NCBI RefSeq assembly: GCF_036971445.1
Contig: NC_091474.1
Location: 139,562,001 to 139,626,000 of the forward strand
Direction of reading: 5' to 3'
DNA: 64,000 nt
Origin: Narcine bancroftii
Lineage: Eukaryota
The notes under the pieces were generated by a model. The model saw only the letters and a program-made list of their open reading frames with translations. It was not told the DNA's origin and ran no database searches. The position numbers and the translations under genes were made by a program. Of the stretch, positions 25,722-37,917 are shown one piece after another. The stretch's first letter is position 1, and each line of letters starts with the position of its first letter.

Positions 25722-27040
25722 GCCACACTTAGTGTATAGCATTGCAGCCTAATCATCATTCTTTGTATTCTAAGTGGACATTATACTCTTTCATGAGTTT
25801 ATCATAGACTGTCTCTCCTTCGCTTTCCACAAAGAGGGCTCTTTTTATTGGGTTCAGTTTCTCACAGGCTGTTAAACCTAGTATGACCTGTACATCCTTT
25901 GGTACCATGATGAATGCTAGCATGTGCTCTTTGTCCTTGTGTTTCACTTTGACCATGCATTCTCCTTGCACTGGTATATCAGTACCTGAATTTCCTGTCA
26001 CCTTTATTTTTGTTCCATACGTCTTTGGTCTGGATCTAATCTTCTTAAAATCAGTCTCTGATATTACATTAATTTGTGCTCCAGTACCTATTAAACTGAA
26101 ATGTATTTACTTTTAATTTCAAAATCCAGACTCAATTTTCTTTCTTGTTTTCAGTCACAACATCTACTGCATGAACCTTGCTTTTTTGCACTTGGTTCCT
26201 ACATCAATGGGCATTACAGATGTTTTTGTGGCACATATTGCATGTTTTAACATATGTTGGATACTTTTTTGGTAGATGTTGTGCACCGCATGGATGACAT
26301 GGCTTTCGATTGTCCTTTTCATTTTTGTTCGCTGGCCACGCCTCTCTTTACACTTTGGTGCTTTTTGTTAAATCGTTTATGTCTGATCTTGTTCACTGCA
26401 TCCACGTTGCCGCTAGTTTCACTGAATAGCTCTTTTGCCTGCATTTTTACAATTTCTGTAGCCCTACAGAGTGCTATGGACTTTTCCAGGCCTAGATTTT
26501 GCTCTCTTAGCAGTCTTTCCCTTAGACTATTGTCTGGAATATCACACACAAGTCGATCTTTTATCAGTGAGTCAGTCCACCAAATTCACATGTTTTGCTT
26601 CTGTTTCTCAATTCAGTCACATACTGATCAATACTTTCTTCCATTTTCTGTACACATGTGAAAAATATGTGCCTCTCAAACATCACGTTACATTTAGGTA
26701 TGCAGTATGCCTCAAACTGTTCCATTATTTTTTCCAATTTCATTTTGTCTCCTTCTGTAGCAAATGTGAAATTATTTTACACCCCCAAGGCTTCATCACC
26801 CATGAAATGATAAAACACTGATGCTTTCACTTTATCACTTATCTTGTCAGCTCCGACTGCTACTAAATACGATCCAAATTGCAGTTTGAATCTGTTCCAA
26901 TTTTCAGCCATATTACATGTCAGCTGAAGATTCGCTGGTGGATGTAATCCTTCCATTTTCCCACTATGTTCGCTTCCCTTCACTGATCAGTTACTGTCTT
27001 TGGATTTTACCTTTTAAAATATTTCCTTCTAATTTCCTTA

Positions 27041-27058
27041 ATCCCACTTCTGACACCA
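27041..27058 (-). promoter_or_regulatory. Primer-binding site (tRNA-Leu type) of the Gypsy element
   Basis: Minus strand TGGTGTCAGAAGTGGGAT immediately after the 5' LTR; complementary to a tRNA-Leu 3' end. Confidence 0.85.
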
Positions 27059-27939
27059 TGTTTTATCTTATATTCATATGTGTGAGTTCTTAAGACAACA
27101 CATGGATGAAAGAAAAGTTTATTTACTTTAAAGTTGTTGTAAACAGCACCATGAAGCAGGCCATGAGGCTGCAAGCCTCCATTATAGATTCAGCATACTG
27201 TGTGTCCTGCTCTGTGTCTGGCCCTGCTGGCAGCCAAGTATAATCAAACAGTAAGGCATTGCTAGCGGCATTGCAACCATGATCACTATCATTACACCTA
27301 CTCTACCATTTTACCCCTTCCCACTTCACAAAGTTAATTGGAAATTATTTTCCACTTGCTGGCAGACTTCAATCATTATCTGCTGGAAGATTACAAAATG
27401 GGACTAGCTTAGGTAAGAAACTTGACAAGCATGAGTGAGTTGAGGTGAAAAGCCTGTTTTTACACTATATAATGTAATTCCATGGCTCTTTGACTCTAAC
27501 CTTGTCCCTCAAACTGATGTTTAAGATCCACGCAACAATGAGTTCCAGGAGGACTCCGCTGGTTAGGCAGCATCTGTGGAGGGAAATGGAGAGTCGGCAT
27601 TTTGGATCAAAATCCTTCATCAAGAGATCTGACGTAGTGAGAAATTTTCATCCCTTTTAGTTACAAAATCTATTAATACCTGTTCCCAGTATTCAAACAT
27701 AAGGAATGACTCCTTGACTTAAATATAAGGAAAAGGGGTAAAGGAGTCTCCATGCAGATTTATGATTAACTGAATGAAATTTTTAACAGGAGAAAGGGAG
27801 AAAATTGAGGAGGTTGTCCCACAAAGTTGATTTATTTTGAAATGAGATATATTAATACTTAACTACAAAAATAAATTTATTATTTTTAGACACATTAATT
27901 TGATTTGTCATTTGTTTAATATTGCTTTATCAGTCATAT

Positions 27940-28651
27940 TGTTATGAGTCCAGAGGTCCCCAAAACTCAGCCACAATAGAAATTCACCAAGACAAAAGGT
28001 TACTTAAACAAAATTTGCTTTTTAATATCTTTAAACATGAAAACAGGATCAAACTTTAACTTATTACTATTAACTTAACCTGGTTTAGAAGGGGGTTAAG
28101 TTCATATGTATGTATTAAGTATGTAAGTTCAGAAAAGTTATTTGATTCACAGTCCCATCTCTCTTCTCACTCCTCCAAATTCACCGGTATCAGACAATTC
28201 TTAAACTGTGCGCAGAATTTAACATTTATGAATTCCACCAGGCGTTGGTGCTTGAAAGGTAAATGGTTATTATTCAGGAAGGTTCTTGTCATTTTTCAGA
28301 GAGAGATTTGTTGCTCATTGGACACCCATAACTGATTCCTTCTGATCAGCCACTTCAGTACCTTGCCGAAGAAACTTGCCCCATCAGGGTTTTCCTGATG
28401 ATAACCTCTTTCTTTCAGGTTCCAACACAGTTCATTTTTGTTTTCCTTATTTCAAGTAAAACCTTATGCAGCCAGCCATCTCCTCTTGTATGGACCACAA
28501 GGGCCATGACCAGGCTGAACTAAGAATTCACAAGCCATCTTCAAAATGGTTTTTTTTCCACAAGCTTGCCAGCTTGTCCTGTTTCAGTCTCAGCTGCTGC
28601 TGCTGAACTGTAGAACTGAAACTGAATTCTCTCCCTCTCTCTCTCTCTCTT

Positions 28652-28708
<57 letters not shown>

Positions 28709-29055
28709 ACCACATGACCCTCTTCGAATAGTAAACTGCACTTAGACTGCAGCATCGGGCCTAATCTTTTGAGTTTGTTCATCTGTTGCTTTCCAAAACA
28801 ATAATCCATTATTCCACAGCATGTCCAATTAACACCTACTTGTGAAGCCCTGATAGGCATTCTTCAAAGAATTTGCAAAGGCACCAGGAGCCTGGACTGT
28901 CTGGCAAGAGTAGAGCTCTGGCATTTTAAATGAGATCTGTTTTGAAGTGTTTGTATGTGACCTCCTCTTAAAAAAAAAACCTGCCACAATTTACACAATT
29001 TATCTCCTTTAAAACATATCTACATATGATATAAAATATAACATAATCTGTCACA
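27940..29055. mobile_element. Long (1116 bp) solo-LTR-like element with 4-bp TSD ATAT
   Basis: TGTTA..TCACA termini flanked by atat on both sides; no coding capacity. Confidence 0.7.
28628..28703. repeat. Compound (CT)n-(CA)n microsatellite
   Basis: Directly visible. Confidence 0.97.
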
Positions 29056-30026
29056 ATATAAATCAAGCCAAAAGACATTAAACAAATTATCACAATCAGC
29101 GCAGGCGAAGCTAAGATCAATGTGGATATTAATTTTAATTAATTTGAACAAGAGTTATTGATTTACAATTCAATTATAAGGCACAGAAGTGAAATAAGAT
29201 CCCCCTGAGTGCAATTTAAGATTTCTGCAATCAACTTGTCTATTTAATGAATTAAAAAAATAATTTTAGAGCCAATCTTAATAAATACACAAACTGTGTT
29301 TTGCAAATAAACTCCTGAGTTTGCCCATTGGTTAGAATCTTGGGTGTCTTAAAATTAATCTCTCGGGTCCTAATTCAAGTGGGACCACTTCATTTCTCTT
29401 GCTCTCACTTTTTAATGCCCCATTAAGATGAAGCATTATCACTTGACCCTTACTTTGAATATGGTTATGACCGACTTTGGTGCAAAGATCTTAATGACAT
29501 CTGGAAATTCCCTGATGTATGATTTTCATACTCCTTTGTACCATGCAGCCTTCAGTTAATTTTCTTACGTAATGTTACTTGAAATTAATTGTTTTTCTTA
29601 TGGTTTCACAATTCTGGGCAGAAATATTGTACTGTATATCAGAATCCAATTTAGTCACTTGTTCACTCAAACTCAAGTGCTTTAAGAGAAATGTCAATTC
29701 TTCCTCCAATACTATCAAATCAACATCTTTGGAGAAATGCCTTCTCATTTTTGTTTCCACAATCTTTCTGATGTGACGTGCCCATCTCAGCTTTCTACTC
29801 TAGAAACTATAATATATGTTTTAGCAGTAAGAAAGTCTGCAGATGCTGGGGTCGAGAGCAATGCACAAACCTGCAGGAGTCCCTCAGTCACACAACATTC
29901 ATATTCAATAGAGTTTCTCCAGCACATTTGTGTGTTGCATATTATAGTAGCCATTTTACCCCTTCAAGATGTGCAAGAGAGCTTCGTGCATCAGCTTTTG
30001 TTTTACACCATTTCTTTCTTTGACAG

Positions 30027-30236
30027 GTCCGAGAAGTAACCAACAAAATCCTACGTACAGCCAATAAGACTGAAATGGCAGAAGATAATCTATATTCCCA
30101 CATTCTTGTTGAGTGGGGCCAGTATATTGACCATGATTTTGCATTCACACCTCAGAGCACAAGCCAAGCTGCTTTCCAGGGAGGAGCAGACTGCAAGCTC
30201 ATATGCCAGAACCTGAATCCATGTTTTCCAATTAAG
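30027..30236 (+). CDS. tpo: Thyroid peroxidase exon (equivalent to exon 7), 210 nt; distal His and heme-linking Asp
   Basis: tgacag acceptor, gtactt donor. [93 protein letters not shown] is TPO-typical. Confidence 0.97.
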
Positions 30237-30240
30237 GTAC

Positions 30241-30937
30241 TTCTTCTTTGGCTTGGCTTCGCGGACGAAGATTTATGGAGGGGGTAAAAAGTCCACGTCA
30301 GCTGCAGGCTCGTTTGTGGCTGACAAGTCCGATGCGGGACAGGCAGACACGGCTGCAGCGGTTGCAGGGGAAAATTGGTTGGTTGGGGTTGGGTGTTGGG
30401 TTTTTCCTCCTTTGCCTTTTGTCAGTGAGGTGGGCTCTGCGGTCTTCTTCAAAGGAGGTTGCTGCCCGCCAAACTGTGAGGCGCCAAGGTGCACGGTTTG
30501 AGGCGAGATCAGCCACTGGCGGTGGTCAATGTGGCAGGCACCAAGAGATTTCTTTAGCCAGTCCTTGTACCTTTTCTTTGGTGCACCTCTGTCACGGTGG
30601 CCAGTGGAGAGCTCGCCATATAACACGATCTTGGGAAGGCGATGGTCCTCCATTCTGGAGACGTGACCCATCCAGCGCAGCTGGATCTTCAGCAGCGTGG
30701 ACTCGATGCTGTCGACCTCTGCCATCTCGAGTACTTCGACGTTAGGGATGAAAGCGCTCCAATGGATGTTGAGGATGGAGTGGAGGCAACGCTGGTGGAA
30801 GCGTTCTAGGAGCCGTAGGTGGTGCCGGTAGAGGACCCATGATTCGGAGCCGAACAGGAGTGTGGGTATGACAACGGCTCTGTATACGCTTATCTTTGTG
30901 AGATTTTTCAGTTGGTTGTTTTTCCAGACTCTTTTGT
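30241..30937 (-). mobile_element. 5'-truncated RTE LINE abutting the exon-7 donor
   Basis: QLRWMGHVSRMEDHRLPKIVLYGEL..GAPKKRYKD..C..C.R.C.SRIGLVSHKRAC (RTE C-terminus). Possible gtact duplication at 30237-30241 and 30936-30940. Confidence 0.93.
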
Positions 30938-31699
30938 ACTACTACTGGAAATTACCAGAATTTAAACAACGACATGAGGTTCAGATTTTCTGATTAATTT
31001 CAGGGCTTGGGAGAAAATGAATTGATTACCATTTTTTAATGCTTTCTCAATCACTCTTGGCTCATAGATTTTATTTCCCTTATTGGTGTGAAAGTGAATT
31101 TTACTTTGTCATTTCAAACCTTCCCTCCTCCCAGCGAACCCCCTCCTTCACCAACTTTCTTTTTATCTTGCATTGTGGTACAAAAAGCTGGTCGGTTTTT
31201 CACATCATAAAAATTCTAGGACTCTATTTTAAGGAACCACGTGTTCAAATGAATATTTTAATTAAATGTTGTTTCCTATATGTGCAAAGCAATAATTAGT
31301 TTTTAAAAATCTTGAACTGCCTTCTAAGACATCTTTAGTTTCTGCAATTGCTGCTTCGATAAGGAGATTGCTGGTAATGTGCACAAACTTGTTAAGGTGA
31401 TGGTAACTGTAAAAGAAGACCTAGTGATAGTAGATTCAGAGCAAAGTTTGTTGTTAAAAATATGACATCTGATAAGTGGGAGTCTTTTGAAAAAGTGAGC
31501 AAGGGTTTATGGACAAGATGTTCTGGTAAAGGTATAAGCAAGGATGACAAAATTTGGGTTCCTTGACTGGCAAAAGTGATTGAAGATTTGATCAAGAATG
31601 AATGGAAACATTTGGCAGATATGGACAATTACAATCAAACAAGTCTTTTGTAGAATATAAAGGATGTAATAGAGAAGTAAGAAATGAAGAGGGTGAAAG

Positions 31700-32830
31700 T
31701 AAGTTATGAACTCTCATTTACAGGCAAAGGATAATCCTAAGTATATTCAGGCCATGAGGTAACTGGGGAAAGAATGGGGTCCCTTACAGAGCAACCGGGC
31801 CTGGGGATGTAAGTGAGATCTGAAATGAAAACGTCATCCATATTCATCAATGAGAAGGAAGTGGAATGTAATGCATCCCGAGGAGGGACACATTGATTGT
31901 TTTGACCAAGAGTGGAGGTGTTCTACATCTTCGAACATATAAGGGCAGATAATTCCACAACAAGCGGAGGTATGATCTATCCCAGAATGCTATGGGAAAT
32001 TAGAGAGGAAGTTCCTGACACGCATTTTTGCATCTTTGTCAGCTATAGGCTATAGGTAAGGTACCAGAAAAATGGAGGATGACTAATTATGTTACCTTAT
32101 TTATGAACCGTGACAGTGAGAGACCAGGAAACTCCAGGCTGAAGAACCTTGCGTCTGTGGTCAGGAAATTAATGGAGAACACTGTAAGGAATATGTTTAT
32201 TCAGAAAGGAAGGGTTTGATTAGGGATAATGAGCATGGCTTTGTGTGGGGAAAAATCCTGTCTCACTTGACTGAGCTTTTTGAGGAGACGGATGAAGGCA
32301 GAGCAGCCGATGTTGTCTAAATGGATTTTATATGACAAAGTCCCACAAGCTTAAGGCACACAGGGTTCAAAGCTAGCTGTTAATTAAATATAGAATTGGC
32401 TTTGTGATAGGGAGCAGAGAATAATAGCGGAAGGGTGTTTTTTTCTGTGACTAGTGGTGTATCACAGGTATCAGTGCTGGGACATTTGCTGTCTATGATT
32501 ATATTAACAACTTAGATATGAATGTGGAAGATGTGATTACTAATTTTTTCCAATAGTTAGGCTATCAAAAACACAAACCCATAGATTTAAGGTGAAAGGA
32601 AGGAATTTTAAAGAAGAATTGAGGAGATCATTTTTATTACACAGTGCTGTTGATAGAGGAGGTGGGGGAGTCAAATGAAATTACTTCTCCTTAAGAGGCA
32701 ATTGTACAGACACCTAACTGGGCAAAGCAAAGAAGAATATAGATTTCATGTGGGCAAATAAGAGTAGTGAAAAGGCTGGCATGGATATGGCGGGTTGAAG
32801 GACCTTTCTTGTGTTATATAACCATGCGAT
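31700..32830 (+). mobile_element. Old CR1 LINE fragments
   Basis: gagcatggctttgtg..tcctgtctcac (QHGF..SCL), gtgactagtggtgtatcacagg..gtgctggga; heavily decayed. Confidence 0.7.
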
Positions 32831-32931
32831 TCTTTGACCACAGTAAGGGTTGTTAAGATTTCTTTGGTGTACTGATTGCAAGAGGCCCTGCTACTTTAAA
32901 ACCACACTTTATTTTAATATTGATCAAACAG

Positions 32932-33447
32932 GTACCTGAAAGTGATCCTCGTTCCAGAATCAATGAGTGCATCACATTTTATCGTTCATCTCCCTCATGT
33001 GGAGCAGCTGATCAAGGAACTGACCTTGAAACACTGTCAATCCTGAACTCTCGACAACAGATTAATGCCGTAACTTCTTTTATTGATGCCTCAACTGTCT
33101 ATGGAAGCACTTCCATTCAAGAAAGAAAGTTAAGGGACTATGCAAGTAAGGAGGGCCTCCTTCGTATGAACACAAAATACAAAGATGGGGAACATGAACT
33201 TCTGCCATTTGTGGAGCAAGAACCATCATCATGTGCTCAAGAGCCCAATGCGACACAAAATGAAAGGGTAGAATGTTTTCTCGCAGGAGAAAGCAGGGCA
33301 AATGAAGTTCTTACTCTTGCTTCAATGCACACATTGTGGTTGCGTGAGCATAATCGTTTAGCAAAGACTTTGCACAAAATAAACCCTCATTGGAATTCAG
33401 AAACCATCTACCATGAAGCGCGAAAGATTATTGGCGCCTTGCATCAG
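32932..33447 (+). CDS. tpo: Thyroid peroxidase exon (equivalent to exon 8), 516 nt; Ca-binding loop, distal Arg, heme-linking Glu
   Basis: aacag acceptor, gtaagt donor. VPESDPR..CITFYRSSPSCG..RQQINAVTSFIDASTVYGS..CFLAGESRANEVLTLASMHTLWLREHNRLA..EARKIIGALHQ. Confidence 0.98.
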
Positions 33448-33529
33448 GTAAGTTGGTTCAATATTCCAAAGTTGGTACAGACAGAGTCTTTGTAAAGTAT
33501 GAGCCCTCAGATTCTACAATTTTGAACAA

Positions 33530-34790
33530 GATTCAAGGTTCAAGTTAAGCCAATGCCAGCTGTTAGGGGAAGATCTAGCAAAGCCAAAATGGTGGGGACA
33601 AATGATTGGAGAGGATTCTTGGGGACAGGATTTGTGAGCCTTGAGAGAAACATAGAATCCTTAGGGGCTTTGTGAAGGGCATGCCTCACGAGCCTAATTG
33701 CATTTTAAAGGAGGTGATGAAGTGAATGTGCTGTGAATCGATTTTAGCCATAGAATCCATAGCAACCTTGCTGTGTGGATTTGGAATTGGCTTTCCAACA
33801 TAAGGCAGAAGGTAGTAGTCGGTGGAATGTATTCTGACTTAAGGACGGTGACTAGTAGTGTTCTGCAGGGTTCTGTTCAGGGAATCCTGCTTCGTGATTT
33901 TTATAAATGACTTGGATGAAGAACTGGAGGGGTGGAACAAAAAGTTTGCAGATGACATGAATGTTGGAGGTGTTGTGGAGAATACAGACAGTTGTTCTTA
34001 CAACAGGATATAGTCAGGATGCATAGTTTGACAGAGAAGTTGCAGATGGAGTTCAATCTGGATAAGTGTGAGGTAATGCATTTTGGAAGGTTGGACCAAG
34101 TTGGAATACATTGTTAATGACAGGATTCTTAATAATGTGGAGGATCAGAGGGATTTTGAGGTACAAATCCATAATCTCTCAAGGATCACTGTTCATATTC
34201 ATAGGGTGTATGAGAAAGTGTATGGAGTGCTGGCCTTCAATAGTTCAATAGTTCTAGAAAAAAACTCAGGTTAGACCACACAAAGAATTGTTTTCAGCTT
34301 TGTTCACCTCATTGTAGCCTTAGATAGGGTTCAGAGAAGATTTACCAAGATGTTTCCTGGATTGGACAAAATGTCTTATGAAGCAAGGTTAACCATGCTA
34401 TGGCCTTTCTCTTGGGAGTGCTGAAGGATGAGAGGTGATTTATCAAGGAATATAATATAAGAGGCAGAGATAAGGGTGGACAGCTAACACCTTTATCCCC
34501 AGGGCAATAATAGCAATACCCAAAGACACTGGATCAAAGTTTAGAGAAGACATCTATTCTAAGAGTGAGAAAGAGGGTGGGGGGATGTGCCTGGGCTGCA
34601 TTGGCGGAGCCGGAGGTCAGTACAATGGGGATATTCAAAATGCTCTTAGATAAACACACGAGTGTAAGAAAAATAGAGGATTAAGGGCCATGAGGTAGGG
34701 AAGGATTAGATTGGCGTGGAGTAGTTTATTGATATCGGCACAACATTGTAGGCTGAAGAGCTTGTACTGTACTAAACAGCTGTAGATTCT
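33530..34790 (+). mobile_element. Decayed CR1 LINE fragment
   Basis: aagtttgcagatgac (KFADD), cagatggagttcaat..aagtgtgaggtaatgcattttgg, ggatgagaggtgattta. Confidence 0.8.
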
Positions 34791-35574
34791 AATTTCTATT
34801 TGTGTATAATTGAATAAATTGGGAGTCTCTGTGAATCCTCTTTGAAAGATGATCCAACAATTTGCAACATATTAGTAAACATAAAATATTTGCTGATACA
34901 GTAATGGGGCAGATGCCCTCACACTGAAGGAAGTCCTGCTCTGCCGCAAGGTGGACAAGTACAAGGGTATTGCCTTCTGCTTTCATTAAGCTCCAGGGAA
35001 AGTGACTCACCTTATTTAATTTTGTCTTCAAAAATCTAGATTTTTTCTAGATCTTACGAAATGACGATCCTCATTGTGGCCTGTTTGCCATTTAATGTTG
35101 CCGCTTGCAAAAGAAAATCGCAGAGTAGAGGTATATTAGCAGTAGCTCTCAACTTTAGCCTTGGTATCTGTTGTAATGATATACAGTGTATCAAGGTGAT
35201 GGAGAAACACAACAATTGCAGATGCTGGAATCTTGAGTGAACAGAGAGCCATAAGGAGGCACTTCATAAGTCTGGCAGCATCTGTGGAGAGAAATTTTCA
35301 GTCTTGATAAAGGGTCCCGACCCACTGACTGACCATTTCTTTCCATGGCTGCTGTCTGACCCACAGCTTCTCTTTGTTCACTTGTACACTTGTGGTGCAC
35401 TTGGTTGTTTAATGTATTCTTGCTCTTGTATGCACCACAGTTAAGAGCCATTATAGATTTCTACTCTTCCACATGAACGAAAAGGATGGAGCTAATTTTA
35501 TACAATTTTTCCTCTATACTATCAATGCACTTGTATTCAAGAAATCTTGATTATTTAAATATTTCTCACCGAAT

Positions 35575-36170
35575 AATGAGCTGGGAACTGATGCTGCAGC
35601 TGTTTAAAGGATTGGTAAAGTCAGGTTTGGAGTATTGTGTTCAGTTCTGGTCTCCAAATTATAGAAAGGATATAGATAAGGTGAAGAGGGTGCAGAGAAG
35701 ATTTACAAGGATGTTGCCTGGCTTACAGCATCTAGAGTATGGAGAAAGATTAAGGAGACTGGGACTTTATTCATTGGAATGTAGATGGCTGAGAGGGGAT
35801 TTGATAGAGGTATTTAAAATTATGAAGGAAATAGATAGACTAGACATAAATAGACTCTTTCCCCTGAGGGCAGGGGAAGTTGGTACAAGAGTCCATAAGT
35901 TAAGGGTAAGGGGGAAAAACCTTAGGAGAAATGTTAGAGGATGCTTTTTCACTCAGGATGGCAGAATGGAATGATCTTTCAGAAGATATAGTTGTGGCAG
36001 GGTCCCTTCTGTCATTTAAGAGAAGGTTGGATGCATATGTGGATGTGAGGGGGTTGTAGGGTTATGGGCGGAGAGCGGGAGGGGGAAGCGAGTGGAGTTG
36101 TTCAAGTGAACTGGCATGGATTCAAAGGGCCGACATGGCTTGTTTCTGCACTGTAAATGGTTATATGGTA
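35575..36170 (+). mobile_element. CR1 LINE 3' fragment
   Basis: LEYCVQFWSPNYRKDI..RVQRRFTRMLPGL..LRGDLIEVFKIM. Confidence 0.92.
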
Positions 36171-37159
36171 AATGTTCTTTGCTATCACTATTTGCTCAGC
36201 TAATTAAGACTTGATATCTTGCTATCCACCAGTTAATGAAGTATTGCTATAACCATTATATTAAATCTATTCAGTCTCAGCATGTAGAAATTAGAAATGA
36301 GCAGTTTTCTTTTTTAGGATTCCTGGTATTCATTTTCATTGCAATCAATGTTCGACTTTTTAGTCAAAGGTTGCAATAAACATCGAGTGACCAAAGGCAA
36401 GATTGTCATCTTGCTAATGTTGAGTTATTATATTGTATATTATCGAATTTTTAGTTCTTATCAGACAATGAATAAAAAGCAGCTGTATATTAGACAGTGA
36501 ATTAACTATCCAATTGTTGAAAAGATGAAAAGATACCCCATTAAATTCAAAATAAGTAAAAGCAGTTTCAAAGGAGCTAATTTCTAGCATGTATGAACTG
36601 ACTTAAAAGGATATAAATACAGGTGTATCAGGAGTGAGAGAATACAAACAAAATCAGGGAACCAACAGTTATATTTGAGCAATGCATTTATACCTGAAAT
36701 ATTCCAGGGTGCTTAATGGGGAAAAAATAAGCAATATAGACTTCAATTCAGTGAAGAGATGTTTGAGATAGTAGCTGAAGGCTAATCTAAAAGGGTTTTT
36801 TACATTAGAAAAATTGTCCTTCAGCAACATCTGGTTAAGGGCATGGATCTCCGTTCTCAGGCTAGATACATTCTTAAGTGATGATCCCTTCAATATCTTC
36901 TCCCACCTGGTCCTTGTGGGTATTCGTGATAGCTCCCTTGCTAATGTTCAATCCATTTTTCACAAATCAAGAGAAATGTTGGGCATCGAGCTGTACTCAC
37001 AAATGAAAGGTTGTCAACATTCTTTTTACAGATGTGGCTTGACCTGCTGATTTTTTTTTCCCCCCAGTCTTTTCTATGTTTATCTCACTGAGAGTAATTT
37101 TTGATTGCAGGGAATGCAATGAAATGATCGATGTTCAAGTTGGAAAAGTGCCCATAAGT

Positions 37160-37510
37160 AGTGAAAGAGGCTAAAGATTAATCTAATGGCAATGTACAAG
37201 GTAACAAGAGGCATTGATAGGATTGATAGCCTTTATCCCATGGTAGCCATATCAAAAACAACAGGGCACAAGTTTAAGATGAGAGGAAGGTGTTTTAAGG
37301 GGAAATGTGAAGCAAGTTATTTAATTCAGAGCATGATTGATAATGGAAACGAGTTGCCAGAGGAAGTCGTACTATCAGATATGACCATTTTTAATAGATA
37401 TTTGGACAGACACTTAATGAGGCATTAAGGACACCATCTTAATATGTGCAAATGGGGTCAGTACAGAGGGGAATGGCTCCATCTCTATGATCTATGTATT
37501 CTATGACTCT
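37160..37510 (+). mobile_element. Old CR1 3' fragment
   Basis: YKVTRGIDRID..TTGHKFKMRG..NELPEEVV; ctatga-type tail. Confidence 0.7.
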
Positions 37511-37646
37511 TGTCTATCCAGTAATAAAAAGTCCAATTCCAGACTGACATTTTAACCCTTCTAATTCAAAAATGATCTACATATAAAGTGATAATATCAT
37601 TGCTCTAACAGTTATTCATAGAAGGATTTTGCTGTATTTTGCTTAG

Positions 37647-37905
37647 ATTATTACAATGAGAGACTATATTCCTAAAATCTTTGGTTCTCAAGCATTTGAT
37701 CGGTTTATTGGAAAATATAAAGGCTACGATGAAACAGTGAATCCCACATTGTCCAACGTGTTCATGACGGCAGCATTCCGCTTTGGTCATGCAACCATCA
37801 CCCCCAGGATACAAAGACTTGATGAAAATTACAAGGAGCATCCCACTTATCCAAGCATAAATCTCCACGAGACCTTCTTCAGTCCTTGGCGAATCATCAG
37901 AGAAG
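37647..37905 (+). CDS. tpo: Thyroid peroxidase exon (equivalent to exon 9), 259 nt; proximal His
   Basis: cttag acceptor, gtgaat donor. [47 protein letters not shown]. Confidence 0.98.
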
Positions 37906-37917
37906 GTGAATGTCAGC

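Larger units (their letters stand above)
23652..27296 (-). mobile_element. Internally deleted Gypsy LTR retrotransposon with both LTRs and 5-bp TSD CCTAC
   Basis: LTRs at 27059-27296 and 23652-~23882. TSD cctac at 23647-23651 and 27297-27301. gag (HPPANLQL..ENWNRFK; LRERLLRE), protease region, integrase (IHGGHLG; TDNGPQF; QSNGL). RT absent. Confidence 0.93.

Noticed and set aside
28528-28860. ORFs with CVCVCV / THTHTH / ERERER
   Set aside because: Translations of a microsatellite.
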